64,000 nucleotides of DNA from Octopus sinensis (Eukaryota): positions 36,952,001 to 37,016,000 of the forward strand of contig NC_043012.1 in the NCBI RefSeq assembly GCF_006345805.1, read 5' to 3'. Positions 1 to 13,677 of this stretch are shown here, piece by piece (the first letter of the stretch is position 1; each line of letters begins with the position of its first letter). The notes beneath the pieces are model-generated. The model worked only from the letters and a program-made list of their open reading frames with translations, had not been told where the DNA came from and did not search any database. Made by a program: the position numbers and the translations under genes.

Positions 1-411
1 TAAAATAAAACATATGCATATATATAAACATATATGTACGTACCTACCTCTACATGTACATATACACGCATATATGAGTACAGGACACCAAAGGGACGTC
101 GAACACAATGAAAAACGAAAACATAGACACAAACCAAAGGAACTGGACATTTTTTTTAAAACAACAAAAAAATAGAGTACAGGACAATTAATACAAAGAA
201 CAAACCCCTTCTTCAGTCGCTAAAGGTTTCATCTACTCTACGTTTCGAAGGATAAAAGCGAGACATATCTTCGACAAGAAACTTTCCTTCCTGCGAAAAG
301 CAAATCAATCAAAATTCTGAGATCTTTTCGCAGAGGGGTAAAAATGGTAACAACAGGACAGTAACGACAGTGCAAATTGTAAACAGTAGAAGACAGGACA
401 AGGAACACAAG

Positions 412-414
<3 letters not shown>

Positions 415-497
<83 letters not shown>

Positions 498-504
498 GAT
501 AGAT

Positions 505-545
<41 letters not shown>

Positions 546-601
546 AGATAGATATAGATAGATAGATAGATAGATAGATAGATGGATGGATGGATAGATA
601 A

Positions 602-657
<56 letters not shown>

Positions 658-686
658 AGATAGATAGATAGATAGATAGATAGATG
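415..686. repeat. (TA)n followed by (GATA)n compound microsatellite
   Basis: Read directly from sequence. Confidence 0.95.
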
Positions 687-1165
687 GGGAAAATAATGCA
701 GAGCAGATAAGAAGCTATAGAATCACAGTAAGTGTTTCAATATGTTTTTTTTCCCCTATAGGTATTAGGACCGCAATCGCTGTCACAAAATTGCGAAATC
801 TGATTTGCATATTTACGAAAACTGAATACTTTTACGTGGCTAAGTTAAGTCAATTTATAAATTCTTGTCTTTGAGAGTTTTGTATTACTCTGAATGTATT
901 TATTTACTAAGCGAGTGAGTGCTGTTAGAGAAATCAAGGAAATAACGGGAAATTAGACGTAGCATTTAAGAAAATCACACAAGTTGGGGATCAACGGTGT
1001 AGGTAATGTTTAGCGGCCAGTAGTAAGCCGATACTCTGGAACTTGTTAGATGAATATTTCCAATAAAATGGAATTTCCCAGAGATAGTGGCGTAATTTGA
1101 AATACAAAAATATCAGAAGTGAATTTGTTGCTACGGCTGTTTCGTATGCTGTAGGCCTAGAGATA

Positions 1166-2034
1166 CAGGCTGTTCCGACTAAATTTAACAGTTTGCATAA
1201 ATGAGAAAGAAAACAATATCCTATTCAAGAATAAAAATATTTTTAAAAAATCATAAGTTATCAACAAGAATATGGCTGGGAGGTAACAATTTGCTTAGAG
1301 TCGCCAGCCTCAGCTTCCACCACAGTCTCAAGGTGGCCCCAGAACCTGCTGCATGCACTCTTCTCTGTATCCATCGATAGATCTTCGAACACCTTGGTCT
1401 TGGACACCAGCTCGGCCTTCGTGTTGCGGGCAGAGCATTTCGTATATTTCCCAACCGTGCCCCACACATAGGAATTCATGGATTACAATTAGGAGTATCA
1501 GGACGTCCGAAATTAGGGCTGAAGACATCGTAGAAATTCTCCAACAACCACTTTTGACTCTTTCCAGAGGCATGGCAACGAGCCAGAATCCTGCTGACAA
1601 ACATAAGGCCTTCCAGCAACAACCATCTCCAGCCAGGGTTTGACCACAGCTTCCAGCACCCTCTGAATTAAGCCTAAGGCCTCGTTCAAATATGTTGGGG
1701 TTTGTATCGTCATAACGCCTGCTGTGTCCCTCCCTGGTGGACACGGGCAACTTCCTAGTCTCCCTTGCAGCTGTCCATGCCATGTCTTTACAGTGTTCAC
1801 AGAGCATTGAACAACAGTCACGATGTCGACATATTCACACCCTACGCGAACCACAATGACACAGGTAACCCTTTGCTAATATTCGGATGTCTTCCAGTCC
1901 TCCATGTCAGCTTCCTCGCATCTATATCTTTAAACTTTATGCTCTCCAACGCCTTAGGCTCTTCACCAATACATCAAACTGCTCCTGAAGACAGGAAACA
2001 CAAGAAAATCGCCAAATTCAGTCCGAACATTCTG
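1166..2034 (-). mobile_element. Internally deleted Tc1/mariner element, maT (DD37D) type transposase relic
   Basis: After repairing two frameshifts it reads KPWLEMVVAGRPYVCQQDSARCHASGKSQKWLLENFYDVFSPNFGRPDTPNCNPMNSYVWG...AEAGD, with 37 residues between the second D and the third (now N) position. Degenerate 21-bp TIRs caggctgttccgactaaattt / rc cagaatgttcggactgaattt (17/21); TA at the left flank. Confidence 0.78.
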
Positions 2035-2299
2035 TTGAATCTACATGTTCTCTGTTATTTCTAGCATATTGAATGACTTTATAAGCGGGTGGAGTAGTTC
2101 TGGGTTTGCTTAAGGGTGAAAAGCGATTAAGATTATTAAAAAAAATGAAGAAAAACTGCCTGAATGAGTTGTTAGTATTTGACGAATAAAGAATACAAAA
2201 GAAAATTAGAAGTTACAGATCGGAAAGATTAGACAAATTGGGGATTAAGTATTATTTAGCGACCAGCAGAAAAACCACCCGGAGGGCCGTGCCTTTGGC

Positions 2300-2359
<60 letters not shown>

Positions 2360-2456
2360 CATGATGATGATGATGCTGATAATGTATGTATGTATGTATG
2401 TGTGTATGCATGCATGTATGTATGTATGTATGTATGTATGTATCTATGTATGTATG

Positions 2457-2488
<32 letters not shown>

Positions 2489-2623
2489 TGTATGTATGTA
2501 TGTATGTATGCATATATGTATGTATGTATGTATGTATGCATGTATGTATGTATGTATGTATGTATGTATGTATGTATGTATGTATGTATGTATGCATATA
2601 TGTATGTATGTATGTATGTATGC

Positions 2624-2654
<31 letters not shown>

Positions 2655-2682
2655 CATGTATGTATATATGTATGTATGTATG

Positions 2683-2713
<31 letters not shown>

Positions 2714-2732
2714 GTGTGTGTGTGTGTGTGTG
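2300..2732. repeat. (AAT)n + (ATG)n + (TGTA)n + (TG)n compound microsatellite
   Basis: Read directly; source of the spurious MYVC/HTYI ORFs. Confidence 0.95.
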
Positions 2733-3074
2733 CAGAACCACAATTAGCATTAACAACATCATTAACAACAAACACAACAACAACAACAACAGCAACAACA
2801 ATTCTGATAGTTATGAAGTATTTCGCATTCCAGTTCATAAAACGTAATTAAGGGACCTTGGAATTTCTATTTAATAATAAATCTGGTTAACTTTTCTCCA
2901 ATAAACAGATTTACGATATTAATTAACTCTTGTAGTTATAGGGTGGCTGAGGACGAAGAAGCGGTGGCTGAGGATGGAGAGGCGGTGGTGGTGGTGGTGG
3001 TGGTGGAATTACCATTCCCAAAATTCTATCATTTCTAAGAACCACGAAGCTGCATTCAGCTATGTTAATGAAGT

Positions 3075-3360
3075 CTACATCATCGTTGTCGTCGACGCCA
3101 TCCTCATCTTCATCGCTCTTTCTATCGTGGTTGTCATCGTCATCATGATCGCCGTCATCGTCGTCATCATCATTGCTATTGTCATCGTTATCTTATTATT
3201 ATCATTATTGTCGTCATCGTCATCATCATCATCATCATCATCGTCGTCGTCGTCGTCGTCATCGCCAATCCTCGTCATCGTTGTCATCATCATCGACGTC
3301 ATCATAGCCATCACTATCATCATCATCATCGTTCTTCTCATCGTTGCCATCGCCTTCGTC
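3075..3360. repeat. Degenerate (CAT/CGT)n trinucleotide repeat
   Basis: Read directly. Confidence 0.85.
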
Positions 3361-3682
3361 CAGATTCACCACATTAAGTTTGGTAACCTGTACTTAACTA
3401 TAGTGTCTTCATGCAGAAATTTTCTCCTGGCGTCTGATAATGTAAGTTTTAGCCATCGCCTTTGTCGTCGTCATCAACATTACCACAATGTCCACCGCAA
3501 CCACCCCACCATTCTAATTAGACTGCCCAACAATGTGGCTGACCACACGAGTCAAAGTGGAGAATTTCTTCGAGAACTATGTCCGCAGCGGAAGCTCTTC
3601 ACACGTCCAAATACACTCGGACGTGTTGGCAACAATTTACACAAATATATGAGTGTGTGCATATATGTGTGTGTAAACAGAT

Positions 3683-3715
3683 GGATCGATCTATAGATAG
3701 ATAGACAGATCGATC

Positions 3716-3749
<34 letters not shown>

Positions 3750-3815
3750 GAGAGAGGAGAGAGAGAGAGGCAGACAGACAGATAGACAGACAGACAGATA
3801 GACAGACAGACAGAC

Positions 3816-3874
<59 letters not shown>

Positions 3875-3880
3875 CAGATC

Positions 3881-3922
<42 letters not shown>

Positions 3923-3927
3923 CAGAC

Positions 3928-4026
<99 letters not shown>

Positions 4027-4054
4027 CAGATCGAGAGAGAGAGAGAGAGAGAGG

Positions 4055-4092
<38 letters not shown>

Positions 4093-4093
4093 T

Positions 4094-4138
<45 letters not shown>

Positions 4139-4150
4139 TGAGATGAGATG
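3683..4150. repeat. Compound (GATA)n-(GA)n-(GACA)n microsatellite with higher-order blocks
   Basis: The block order GATA, GA, GACA recurs three times. Confidence 0.9.
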
Positions 4151-4875
4151 ATATCGATGTTGTTCACTCGCAGCTCACCGTTCGATTTATTTTTCTGATA
4201 AATCAGAGCTAAAACTTACAATATCAGACGCCAGTGGAAAATTTCCCATGGTCGCCTTCTGCATGAAGACACTATAGTTAAGCACAGGTTACCAAACTTA
4301 ATGTGGTGAATCTGGAATAATTATAAATCAATTGCGAAAGAAAGTCAATAACGTTAAAGATTATTAATATCAAAGACAACAAACGGGGAAAGTAATGAAA
4401 TTTCAATTAACGAAAATTAAATGGAATTATGAGGAGTGGGGAGGGGTGTGAAAGTCTTGGGGGAAATGGCCAATGTAATTCTTTTTAATTTGCCTTAATT
4501 AGGGAATTATTTACACATAAAATGCTATCATCAATTAGTCGTTCTGATAACTGTATAAAAGAACTGTGTTTGTTTTGCTGAGGAGGCTAATAAAGCTGAA
4601 ACGTGTCCACTGCTGTTACCATAACAACCAAGGCTCATATTCTCTCATTTCCTCTCTCCCCATCCATATGTATATATCTTCGTACAATTTCTAATCGATA
4701 AGCTTCATATGAATGCTCTCCCTTGCTTATTTTGAGGATCCTTACCATTCGTATAAAAAAAAAACTGTTTATACTAAAATGCAAATTTCTTTGCGTTCGC
4801 CTTCATAACTTCCGGCCTCGCAAACAAGGTAGATAACTCTGACAAGAAAAAGTCAGGACTACAGACCTCCCCTAA

Positions 4876-5172
4876 ACACACACACACAGACACACACACA
4901 CACACACACAGACACACACACACACACACACACACAGACACACACATACACAGACACACACACACACAGACACACACAGACACACACACAGACACACACA
5001 GACACACACATACACACAGACACACACACACACACACACACCAGACACACACACACATATACACACACAGACATACACATACACACATGCACACACAGAC
5101 ACACACACAGACACACACAGACACCACACACACACATACACACACATACATACACACACACACACACACACA
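4876..5172. repeat. (CA)n microsatellite
   Basis: Read directly. Confidence 0.95.
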
Positions 5173-5177
5173 AACTG

Positions 5178-5340
5178 TGTACAGTGATACCTCGCTGTAC
5201 GAGTTTATTTCGTTCCATGACTGAGCTCGTCTTACGATTTGCTCATTTTACAAATGAATTTCCCCCAGTGAAATTAACTAAAATATAATTAATCCGTTCC
5301 AACACACCAAAACCACCCAAAAACAATTTTTTATGGGTTT
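5178..5340 (+). mobile_element. pogo/Tigger-like non-autonomous element end (relic)
   Basis: Begins TA-CAGTGATACCTCGCTGTACGAG, resembling Tigger-type TIRs. A second similar start (TACAGAAGAACCTCGCAGTACGAG) lies at about 5765; no partner TIR was found. Confidence 0.4.
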
Positions 5341-6225
5341 TAAAACAGAAAAGGTGCAGTTACAAGTAAAATGACAATTATAAAAAAAAAAAAAGAGAAT
5401 GTCAAAGAAATATGTAAACTGGTTTTATTAATTGTATATTTGATTAACTTCGATAATCACTCGATTAAATTATAGTTCTTATGTGAGATTTTAATATAAA
5501 CTTGTGTCAATCCTTGTTTCTTCTAAATTTACTCCTACATACAAATTATTTCTCCAACATACTAATTATGAATTATTTCATAATTAATATTTCGTCCGTT
5601 TTCCCGTTCTGAGTCCAATTCCGCCGCGGTCGACTTTGCATTTTATCCTTTCGGGGTCGATGAAATAAGTACCAGTCATGAACTGGGGTCGATATAATCG
5701 AGAGCCTCCTTCCTCGAAATTGCTGGCCGTGTGTCAAAATTTGAAACGGATGTATAAAGGTAAGTACAGAAGAACCTCGCAGTACGAGTGTCCCGTTGTA
5801 CGAGTAATTTGCTGTTCGAGCGGAAATCCGCTGTAGGAGCACACAAATCGCCCCAACTTTAATCGGCCCGTGGTGTAATGTGATTATGAAGTAAACCTTT
5901 TATCACACACACACACACAGTGTAACAAAAGATTCCAAGAAGTGGTTAGTGTTGGCAGCTAATACAAATTTTCAAAAAGCTTAAAATACAGATTTCGATC
6001 GAGAGATTCGCCGAGGAAGGTCTCTACAAGGTTGCTGGTCCTTTTAGAAATAACAGCTAAATCTCGCTCAAATCATACTCAACTTTCTTCAAAAAGAATG
6101 ATACATCGGATAGTGTAGTTCACGCTACACTGTGTTGGAACAAAAGACAGGATTGTCATGGTTGGCATAGCTTATAGTACAAACAACAACGCATCACTTG
6201 TAATATAGATGATATATGATTTCTA

Positions 6226-6430
6226 AGGCGGTGAGCTGGCAGAATCGTTAGCGCGCCGGGTAAAATGTCCAACGGCATTTCGTCCGTTTTTACATTCTGA
6301 GGTCAAATTCCGCCGAGGTCAACTTTGCCTTTCAGGGTCGATAAATTAAGTACCTGTTGAGTACTAGGATCGATGCGGCCGACTTGTCCCCTCAAAATTA
6401 CAGGCCTTTTGCCAAAATTTGAAATCATTA
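6226..6430 (+). mobile_element. SINE family B (about 200 bp), representative copy
   Basis: ggcggtgagctggcagaatcgttagc head and conserved central block tcaaattccgccgaggtcaactttgccttt...gggtcgataaattaagtacc. Related copies at about 5580-5750(+), 7410-7590(+), 9545-9680(-), 16155-16370(+), 30310-30510(-), 30575-30790(-), 30840-31055(+), 35380-35600(+), 38414-38620(+), 60665-60895(-). Confidence 0.8.
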
Positions 6431-6452
6431 AATATATATATATTCTTGTACA

Positions 6453-6821
6453 TGTTTCAGTCATTTGACTGCGGCCATGCTGGAGCACCGCCTTTAGTCG
6501 AGTAAATCTACCCCAGGACTTATTCTTTGTAAACCTAGTACTTATTCTATCGGTCTCTTCTGCCGAACCGCTAGGTTACGGGGACGTAAACACACCAGCA
6601 TCGGTTGTCAAGCGATGTTGGGTGGAGGGGACAAACACACATATATATAAATATTTACGACGGACTTCTTTCAGTTTCTGTCTACCAAATCCACTCACAA
6701 GGCTTTGGTCAGCCCAAGGCTATAGTAGAAGACACTTGCCCAAGGTGCCATGCAGTGGGAATGAACCCAGAACCATGTGGTTGGTAAGCAAGCTACTTAC
6801 CACACAGCCACTCCTGTGCCT
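6453..6821 (-). mobile_element. tRNA-derived SINE family A, full copy
   Basis: Reverse complement of the 10831-11226 copy, with the internal (TA/CA) tract. Confidence 0.9.
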
Positions 6822-6831
6822 ATATATATAC

Positions 6832-6865
<34 letters not shown>

Positions 6866-6905
6866 CACACATATATATATAGATATATATATATACATAT
6901 ATATA

Positions 6906-6970
<65 letters not shown>

Positions 6971-7607
6971 ATGTATGTATGTATATATGAACTTTTTAGC
7001 CATGAGCTAGTAAAGTCTCTCTATATCTTTAAGGAAAGGTTCTTCGGGTGGATCACATAAAACAAGGAATCCACTTTCTATTTCCCATTCATTTTCATGA
7101 AATAAAGACAATTCTTAAGTGAAAGCTTTAATTTTTAAGGGAGATAATTAGTGATGTGTTTCCAAGGGAGGCAATCTAGTTTAGAACTACAAATCTTCAG
7201 CTGTTTTCACCATTTGAAAGTCAAAGCGCGGTGCTTAGGCAAACGTTGGGACGTCGGACAACGTACTTTGCAGATTCAGTTACAACCATTTAAGACCTGG
7301 GGTTCGATAGACGAGAGTACAAGTCTTATGCCGTGTGTCGATGTAACATCACTCCACAAAATTTGCTGGCCTTGTATTATATTTGAAACGATAATGTGGT
7401 CAGCCGACGGAATTGATATTTCATCGGATAAAATGCTTGGCGGTATTTCTTCTGATTCGTTACATTTTGAGTTCAAATGCCGCCCAAATTGACGTTTCTT
7501 TTCATCAGTTCGGGAATGATAAAATAAGTGCCGGTCAAGCAGTAGGGTCGATGTAACCGTCAGGCAATTTCCCCCAAAACTTCAGGCCTTGTGACTGTCG
7601 TGGAAAG

Positions 7608-8330
7608 GACTATCTACTGGCAGGTCAGGGCGATGAAGTGGATGGTCTGCTTTGGAGGATATCTCGACCGGGAACTACTATGGATAACCTTGACAATCCC
7701 TAGCCTGGCAGTGTTATTGGAGGGCACAAGAAGGTTCTTGATAAACTTCATAGGCACAGAAATGCCGCCAGTTGGGGGTTGCTTGAGATGCGGACAGGGC
7801 GATGCAACATTGCTGTATTGCTGACCTGTGAAGTTATGCTGAACAACTGCTGACACGGGTAGGGCGAATCTATCTACCGGCCGAGTCCACCCATATTTAA
7901 CAAGGGAGGACAGGGGGTGTTCCTCTGTCTTGTGGTGACGGTGAAAGACGTGTGGTGGACGAGGTTGAACGACTTGAAGAAAGACACTTTCCTCTGCGGT
8001 CAAAACAACATCGACTTTTTTAAAGTTTCACTTGAAATGGAAAATGAAAACGGAGAGAGATTTTCTCTTTCAGTGAATTTTTCAAAAAACAAAATCGCTG
8101 TTAGTGACAGAAATGGTTAAGGGGAATGGCCCTACTGTAAGCATGCGCCTGTAGATCGGAGAATAACACTTGGGTGAGGGTTCGTGCCTTTAGTGGTCAG
8201 GGTAATCCTGGATCTGTGGGGTTCCTTGATTGGCCCCCGTCGGAGTTACTCCTACATCAAGAGAACTACGTCATTCATATCATCACATATTTTGTAAACT
8301 ACGGCTACTTTTATCTCACTTCACCATCTT
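7608..8330 (+). mobile_element. Decayed 3' end of an L1/Tx1-like LINE ORF2 plus 3' UTR
   Basis: Broken frames give YWQVRAMKW..., MPPVGGCLRCGQGDAT.. (CxRCGxxxET-like zinc knuckle) and LVVTVKDVWWTRLNDLKKDTFLCGQNNIDFFKVSL, typical of Tx1-type C-termini; many stops. Confidence 0.55.
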
Positions 8331-8561
8331 TTTCCCATTCTCCCTCCTCATCCTTTATGCTCACCCCGACACAAATGGTAAACTGTCCTTATGATATCCC
8401 CCTTTATGCCTCTGGAACAAATAAAACAAGTCATCATCATTATTGTTGTTGTTGTTGGTTTGATTGTAAGATTGGTAGAATCATTGGAATATCGGACGAA
8501 ATATTTAACCAAATCCCAAAACGAAAAATATTTAGCGATATTTATTTCCGCTCTTTACGTT

Positions 8562-8850
8562 TACAGTTGGTTGGAGAATTCGGTTCACGATCTTAAGGTC
8601 GTGGGTTCAATTCTTGGCAACGCGTTGTATCCTTGAGCAAGATACTTTATTTCGCGTTGTCCCAGTCTACTCGGCTGATAAAAATTCAAAGGACCAACCT
8701 TGCCACATTCTGTGTCACACTCAATCTCCCCTGAGAAATACGTTAAAGGTACGTGTGTCTGTGGAGTGCTCAGCCACTTGCACGTTAATTACACGAACAG
8801 ACTGTTCCATTGATCAAATCAACTAGAACACTCGTCTTTGAAAGTGACAG
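8562..8850 (+). mobile_element. tRNA-derived SINE family C, degenerate copy
   Basis: B-box-like gggttcaattc followed by gcgttgtatccttgagcaagatacttt; shares its 3' part with the 61710-62093 copy. Confidence 0.7.
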
Positions 8851-10830
8851 AGTACCAAAGGAGATGAGGTCACGAGTGTCAAGTCGTATCCAGCTAAATT
8901 GGCAGCATTTCTCTTGAATAAACATCGTTGGTATGAGTAGAAGAGGCTCGCATACATGGCTAACTGCCATTCTTCATACAATCAATTTTGCTCAGAACTG
9001 AACTTACATGCAAATGGTCAAAACCAGCCGATAGAGACTTTACTTTTCGTTATCTCAAAAAAAACACAAAAAAACCCACAGTGTGTTGAGATTTGATAGA
9101 GATTTGGCTGTTGTTTCCAGCAGTTTCTGCCACTGCAGTTACAAGCCAACTGAATTCAGCGAAAATTTTCCTTGAATCTTTTTTTAGTAGTGCGGCCCAC
9201 CTGATGATAAGCCATGTCTCATGCGGCCCGCTTCTCGATAAAGGTTGTCCATGCATGCACAAAAGTCAAACTGAAGACGGTTCCTTGTGATATTGTTAAT
9301 ATAACGAGGATTTACTATAGTATTTTGAATAAAGATATATTCGCAAATCTGTGACTGAATTTCAGCAATTGATAGATTAACCAACAAATGGGATTATCTC
9401 AAAACTCACCAATCTCTGACGTAGAAAAAAAAATGATTTTAAACAGAAATACACAACAAAGGAAAATGTCAGCTGAACGATGTTAATAACGGAGTAAGCT
9501 CCCCTTAGTTAACTGGGATCGGATTAACTCCATTTTTTTTTCTACTTGAGGCACAAGGCCCGAAATTTTGGGGAGAACGGGTGGCCAGTCGATTAGATCG
9601 ACCTCAGTACGCAACTGGTACTTAATTTATCGACCCTCAAAGGATGAAAGGTAAAGTCAACCTCGGCAGAATGGCATTAGTTCTTAAGACAAGTGTGTGT
9701 ACACATATTTCTTCTATGCTTTTACTTGTTTCAGGCATTTGATCTTGGCCATACTGGAGCACCGCCTTAAAGGGTTTTAGTCGAAGAAATCAAATCCAGA
9801 ACTTATCCTTTTGAAGCCTGGTACTTATTCTGTCAAACCGCTAAGATACGGGGACATAAACACACCAACACTGGTTGTCAAGTGGTGATGGGGGGGGGGG
9901 ACAAACACAGACACACACACACATAAATATATATATATATAATTATTTATAATTACATACATACATATATAAATAATATTTTTAATTAAATCCAATGCCA
10001 GGAATATAGGGATGAAAACATCCAATCTTTCACTGGCTCCACTGTTTAATACCCAATTTTGTAGAAAAAAACCCCTTACAAATCACATGGGTATATATTA
10101 AATTTATAAAAATGAATAGAAAATAGGCATATATAACTGTCAATTCAAAAATAAAAAATTATTAACATAATACTATATTTTATATCATATTCTTATAGTA
10201 ATATAATAAGATAAATAATAAACATTAAATACAAATTCCATACAATTGTTCCGGTTCTTGCCCATAATAAAATCATTAAAATCCATTGTTTGTGTATAAG
10301 AATCTCTTCTGTATAATTTTTGGTAAACGAGGATTCACAGATCCAAGAAAAGACTGAATTTTAAAATATTTATGCTTTCAAGAGTGAGCGTCAATAACTA
10401 AAAACAAAAACAAGAATAAAAATTTTTAAAAAACTAATATAAAAGTCATAAAATATATTTGTATACTATTAAGTATTTAATCTAAATAGATCTAAGGGCC
10501 ATTAGTTTTTTTTTTTAAATACCAGGAATAATATTTTTTTAAATATTTATGCGAATCATCATATACCAAAAATTACATTGAAAAGACTCTTATACACAAA
10601 CAATAGGTTTTATAATTTTATTATGGGTAAGAATCGAAACAATTGTATGTAATTTGTATTTAATATTTATTATATTACTAGCAATGTGTCCCTGTGTCTG
10701 TCTGTCTATCTTTAGATGTGTGTGTGTGTGTCAGTTGTCACAAAAATGTATGTATACCGACGCACACATACACCGTCACACACATACACATGTCAGTCAT
10801 CGACCTAATGTACATAACGAATACACTCAT

Positions 10831-11226
10831 AGGCGCAGGAGTGGCTGTGTGGTAAGTAGCTTGTTTACCAACCACATTGTTCCGGGTTCAGTCCCACTGC
10901 GTGGCACCTTGGGCAAGTGTCTTCTACTATAGCCTCGGGCCGACCAAAGCCTTGTGAGTGGATTTGGTAGACGGAAACTGAAAGAAGCCTGTCGTATATA
11001 TATATATATATATATGCGTGTGTGTGTTTGTGTGTCTGTGTTTGTCCCCTAACATTGCTTGACAACCGATGCTGGTGTGTTTACGTCCCCGTTACTTAGC
11101 GGTTCGGCAAAAGAGACCAATAGAATAAGTACTGGGCTTACAAAGAATAAGTCCCGGGGTTGAGTTGCTCGATTAAAGGCGGTGCTCCAGCGTGGCCGCA
11201 GTCAAATGACTGAAACAAGTAAAAGA
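10831..11226 (+). mobile_element. tRNA-derived SINE family A (about 400 bp), best-preserved copy
   Basis: Head aggcgcaggagtggctgtgtggtaag (A-box-like), ccgggttcagtccc (B-box-like), internal (TA)n(TG)n slot and tail gcagtcaaatgactgaaacaagtaaaagag. Partial copies at about 9720-9920(-), 17800-18130(-), 18605-18830(-), 19330-19425(+), 20380-20450(-), 33975-34110(-), 46684-46750(-), 51570-51800(+), 57665-57722(+), 60295-60470(-), 62710-62850(-). Confidence 0.92.
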
Positions 11227-11644
11227 GAGAGAGAGAGTATATAGGAAATGTGATGTCATTGTTGTTATGGTGGTGGTAAAATGTCATTGTTGTTATGGTG
11301 GTGGTAAAATGTCGTTTACGATAGGTGACGAAAAGAAAAATGATAATGTCAAGTTTTTGTAATGCAAATATGTGAATGAAAATATAGTTTAGTTGGTAGC
11401 CAAAAGCTTACTGAATCTTTTGATACCTCATACGTCAAAATCAGCAACTTGGTTTTGGAATGCATAAGGAACATATGCACACACACACAAACTCTCTTTT
11501 ATAGATATAGATATTATTTTATTATAAGAATATAATGTAGTATAGTATTACGTTAATAAATTTTAATTTTTGAATTGACAATTTTATATCTCCATTTTTT
11601 ATATATATATATTATGTATATATATATATATAAAAAAATAAATG

Positions 11645-11885
11645 TGCCCTTTTAAAGCCTAGCCAGGCTCATGGGCCCGGTTTCCCAGTTTCTATGGCAT
11701 ATGTGTTCCCAAGCTGGACGGGACGCCAGTCTATCACAGTGTTACTCATTTTTGCCAGCTGGGTGGACTGGAGCAACGTGAAATGAAGTGTTTTGCTCAA
11801 GAATACAACGCGTTGCCCAGTCCAGGAATCGAAACCACAATCTTACGATCATGATGCTGACACCCTAACCACTAAGCTACGTGCC
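11645..11885 (-). mobile_element. tRNA-derived SINE family C copy
   Basis: The reverse complement starts ggcacgtagcttagtggttagggtgtcagcatcatgatcgtaagattgtggtttcgattcc, a tRNA-like head. Confidence 0.8.
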
Positions 11886-12896
11886 CCCCCCCCACACACA
11901 CACATATATATATATATATAGATAGATACAGCAGATATTGATATAGATATATATATATACATACATGTATGTGGTGGTGTGTTTAGTATGGGCTTAATTC
12001 AACAAAGCCCTCTGAACAATAATAACTGTGTGTTTCCCAGTTTTAGAAACACTGTCCCCTTGTCCACTTGCACCCTGCATGTTATAACTGGTGAGTAAGA
12101 GAGGTGGCATTAGAAAGGGCATCCAGTGGTTTTTAAAAAGAAACCCTGTTTTTCTGAAAACTTCTCCAACCCATGCCATATTGAAAAAAAATGTTAAATT
12201 TAACTTCCAATAGCTTAGGGACTTAGAAGCAGGGGTCACGACCATTAACCCCAAACTTGGTGATGGATTAGGTCTACCTTGACAGTACCCAATGACCAGG
12301 TGGTGTTGTTAAATCAGGTCAGAAACAAAGTGTACCACCCTAAAAGAAGAAGAGCAATCTCTCCATTTAATCGTGTCATGATTCCTAAAATACAAAAGAA
12401 CAATAAGCTGGGTGTGTGTGGGTGTTGTTGCTATGGAGGAGAGGAAGTCACAAGAAATGAAACGTAAGCACAATATTAACAAAACTGGTTTTATTCAGGA
12501 AAAAAAAAAAAACATGCTTTAAGTTGAGGGTGTAGAAAAAATCCGTTTACAATTAAATTTAGAATAATTAAAACTAGAATTCAATATAACGAGTCGAAAA
12601 GATAAGGTTCTGGTACAAGAGAGTAGAAAAAATATTCTTAGACATGGTATGAGAAAGTTTTAAATAACCTTGAAGAATATATTTAAATGAAAAATATTCT
12701 GTGAGTCTTTGAGTGGTTTTAGTGAGAGAAGAAGGAGGAACCCTGAGGAAAAAGAAGAACGAGTGAGGATTATAAAGAAGAAAAACAAAATGTTTCACTT
12801 GAGTAAAAGTGAATTTTATATAAGGACCCCAAAAAGAAAATAGAACTCGTTGAAAAAGATCCTTAAATATTTTAAAGATGTTGAACTTGTGTTTAA

Positions 12897-13114
12897 CCCC
12901 TTTATCATTTAAATCAGCCAAACCAGGCCCAAATATTCTGTTTTATGTTTGAAATGGCCTGATCTGGCCTTTCTCACCTACCCTACACTGTCATTTTAAA
13001 AATAACCAATTACATCATCAAAATCTTGACACTATGAGATAATACATGATTAATTTTAAAAAAAGGTGAATGAATAAGAATTACATTCGACAGAACAATT
13101 TGAATGCTAAAGGG
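12897..13114. mobile_element. piggyBac-type MITE (218 bp) with TTAA target duplication
   Basis: TTAA|cccctttatcatttaa ... ttgaatgctaaaggg|TTAA with about 16-bp imperfect TIRs. A second degenerate copy follows in tandem (about 13119-13290); further copies at 54545-54759 and about 38830-38990. Confidence 0.75.
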
Positions 13115-13677
13115 TTAAACCAGTCATGTCTGGCCGAAATATTCTTTCTGCTTTATGCTCAAGCAGGCCAGATTTTGCCTCTCACACTTACCCTACAATG
13201 TCATCCTAAAAATAATGCATGATTAATTCAAAACAACGTGAATAATTAAGCATCACTGTAGACATGGTAATCTGAATGCTAATTGGTTAATTTAAATTTG
13301 TGTTTTAATTAATTAATTTACTAAATATATTTTCAAATTTCTCTTAACTTCAGAAAAAGAAAAGGAATAAAGGATTCTTTTTTGTTTTTATTTGAATTGA
13401 TTGTAATATTTGTAAAGGAATATCTTAAAATATCTTCTTGGAGAAGAAAAGAAGAAAAGTTCCAGCTCTGAAGGAATTGGTAAAACTGGTAGAGAAAAAA
13501 GAAATTGAAGAAGAAGAATAAATAAAAGTTTGTTAATTCTGTTGGGTCATCTTAATTAATTAGATCAGCAGTTACCAAGTGACCAGCAGCTTGTCTGCAA
13601 GATTAATTCCAATGGACATTTTTAGAGTTTTTATGTTATTATTCCATTTGATAGTCTGGTCTGGAGTAATAAATGAT

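Noticed and set aside
809-820. Octamer motif (ATTTGCAT) and an NF-kB-like palindrome near 4237
   Set aside because: Single short motifs expected by chance, with no associated snRNA or promoter.
2974-3696. 240-aa hydrophobic ORF that looks like a membrane protein
   Set aside because: It is built from (CAT/CGT)n and (TGG)n repeats; low complexity only.
10831-11226. tRNA genes suggested by A/B-box-like motifs
   Set aside because: They are SINE heads followed by multicopy SINE bodies; no complete cloverleaf was seen.
11255-11313. 28-bp tandem duplication; also a 75-bp (CTT/CAT) block duplication at about 27735-27930
   Set aside because: Routine slippage duplications.
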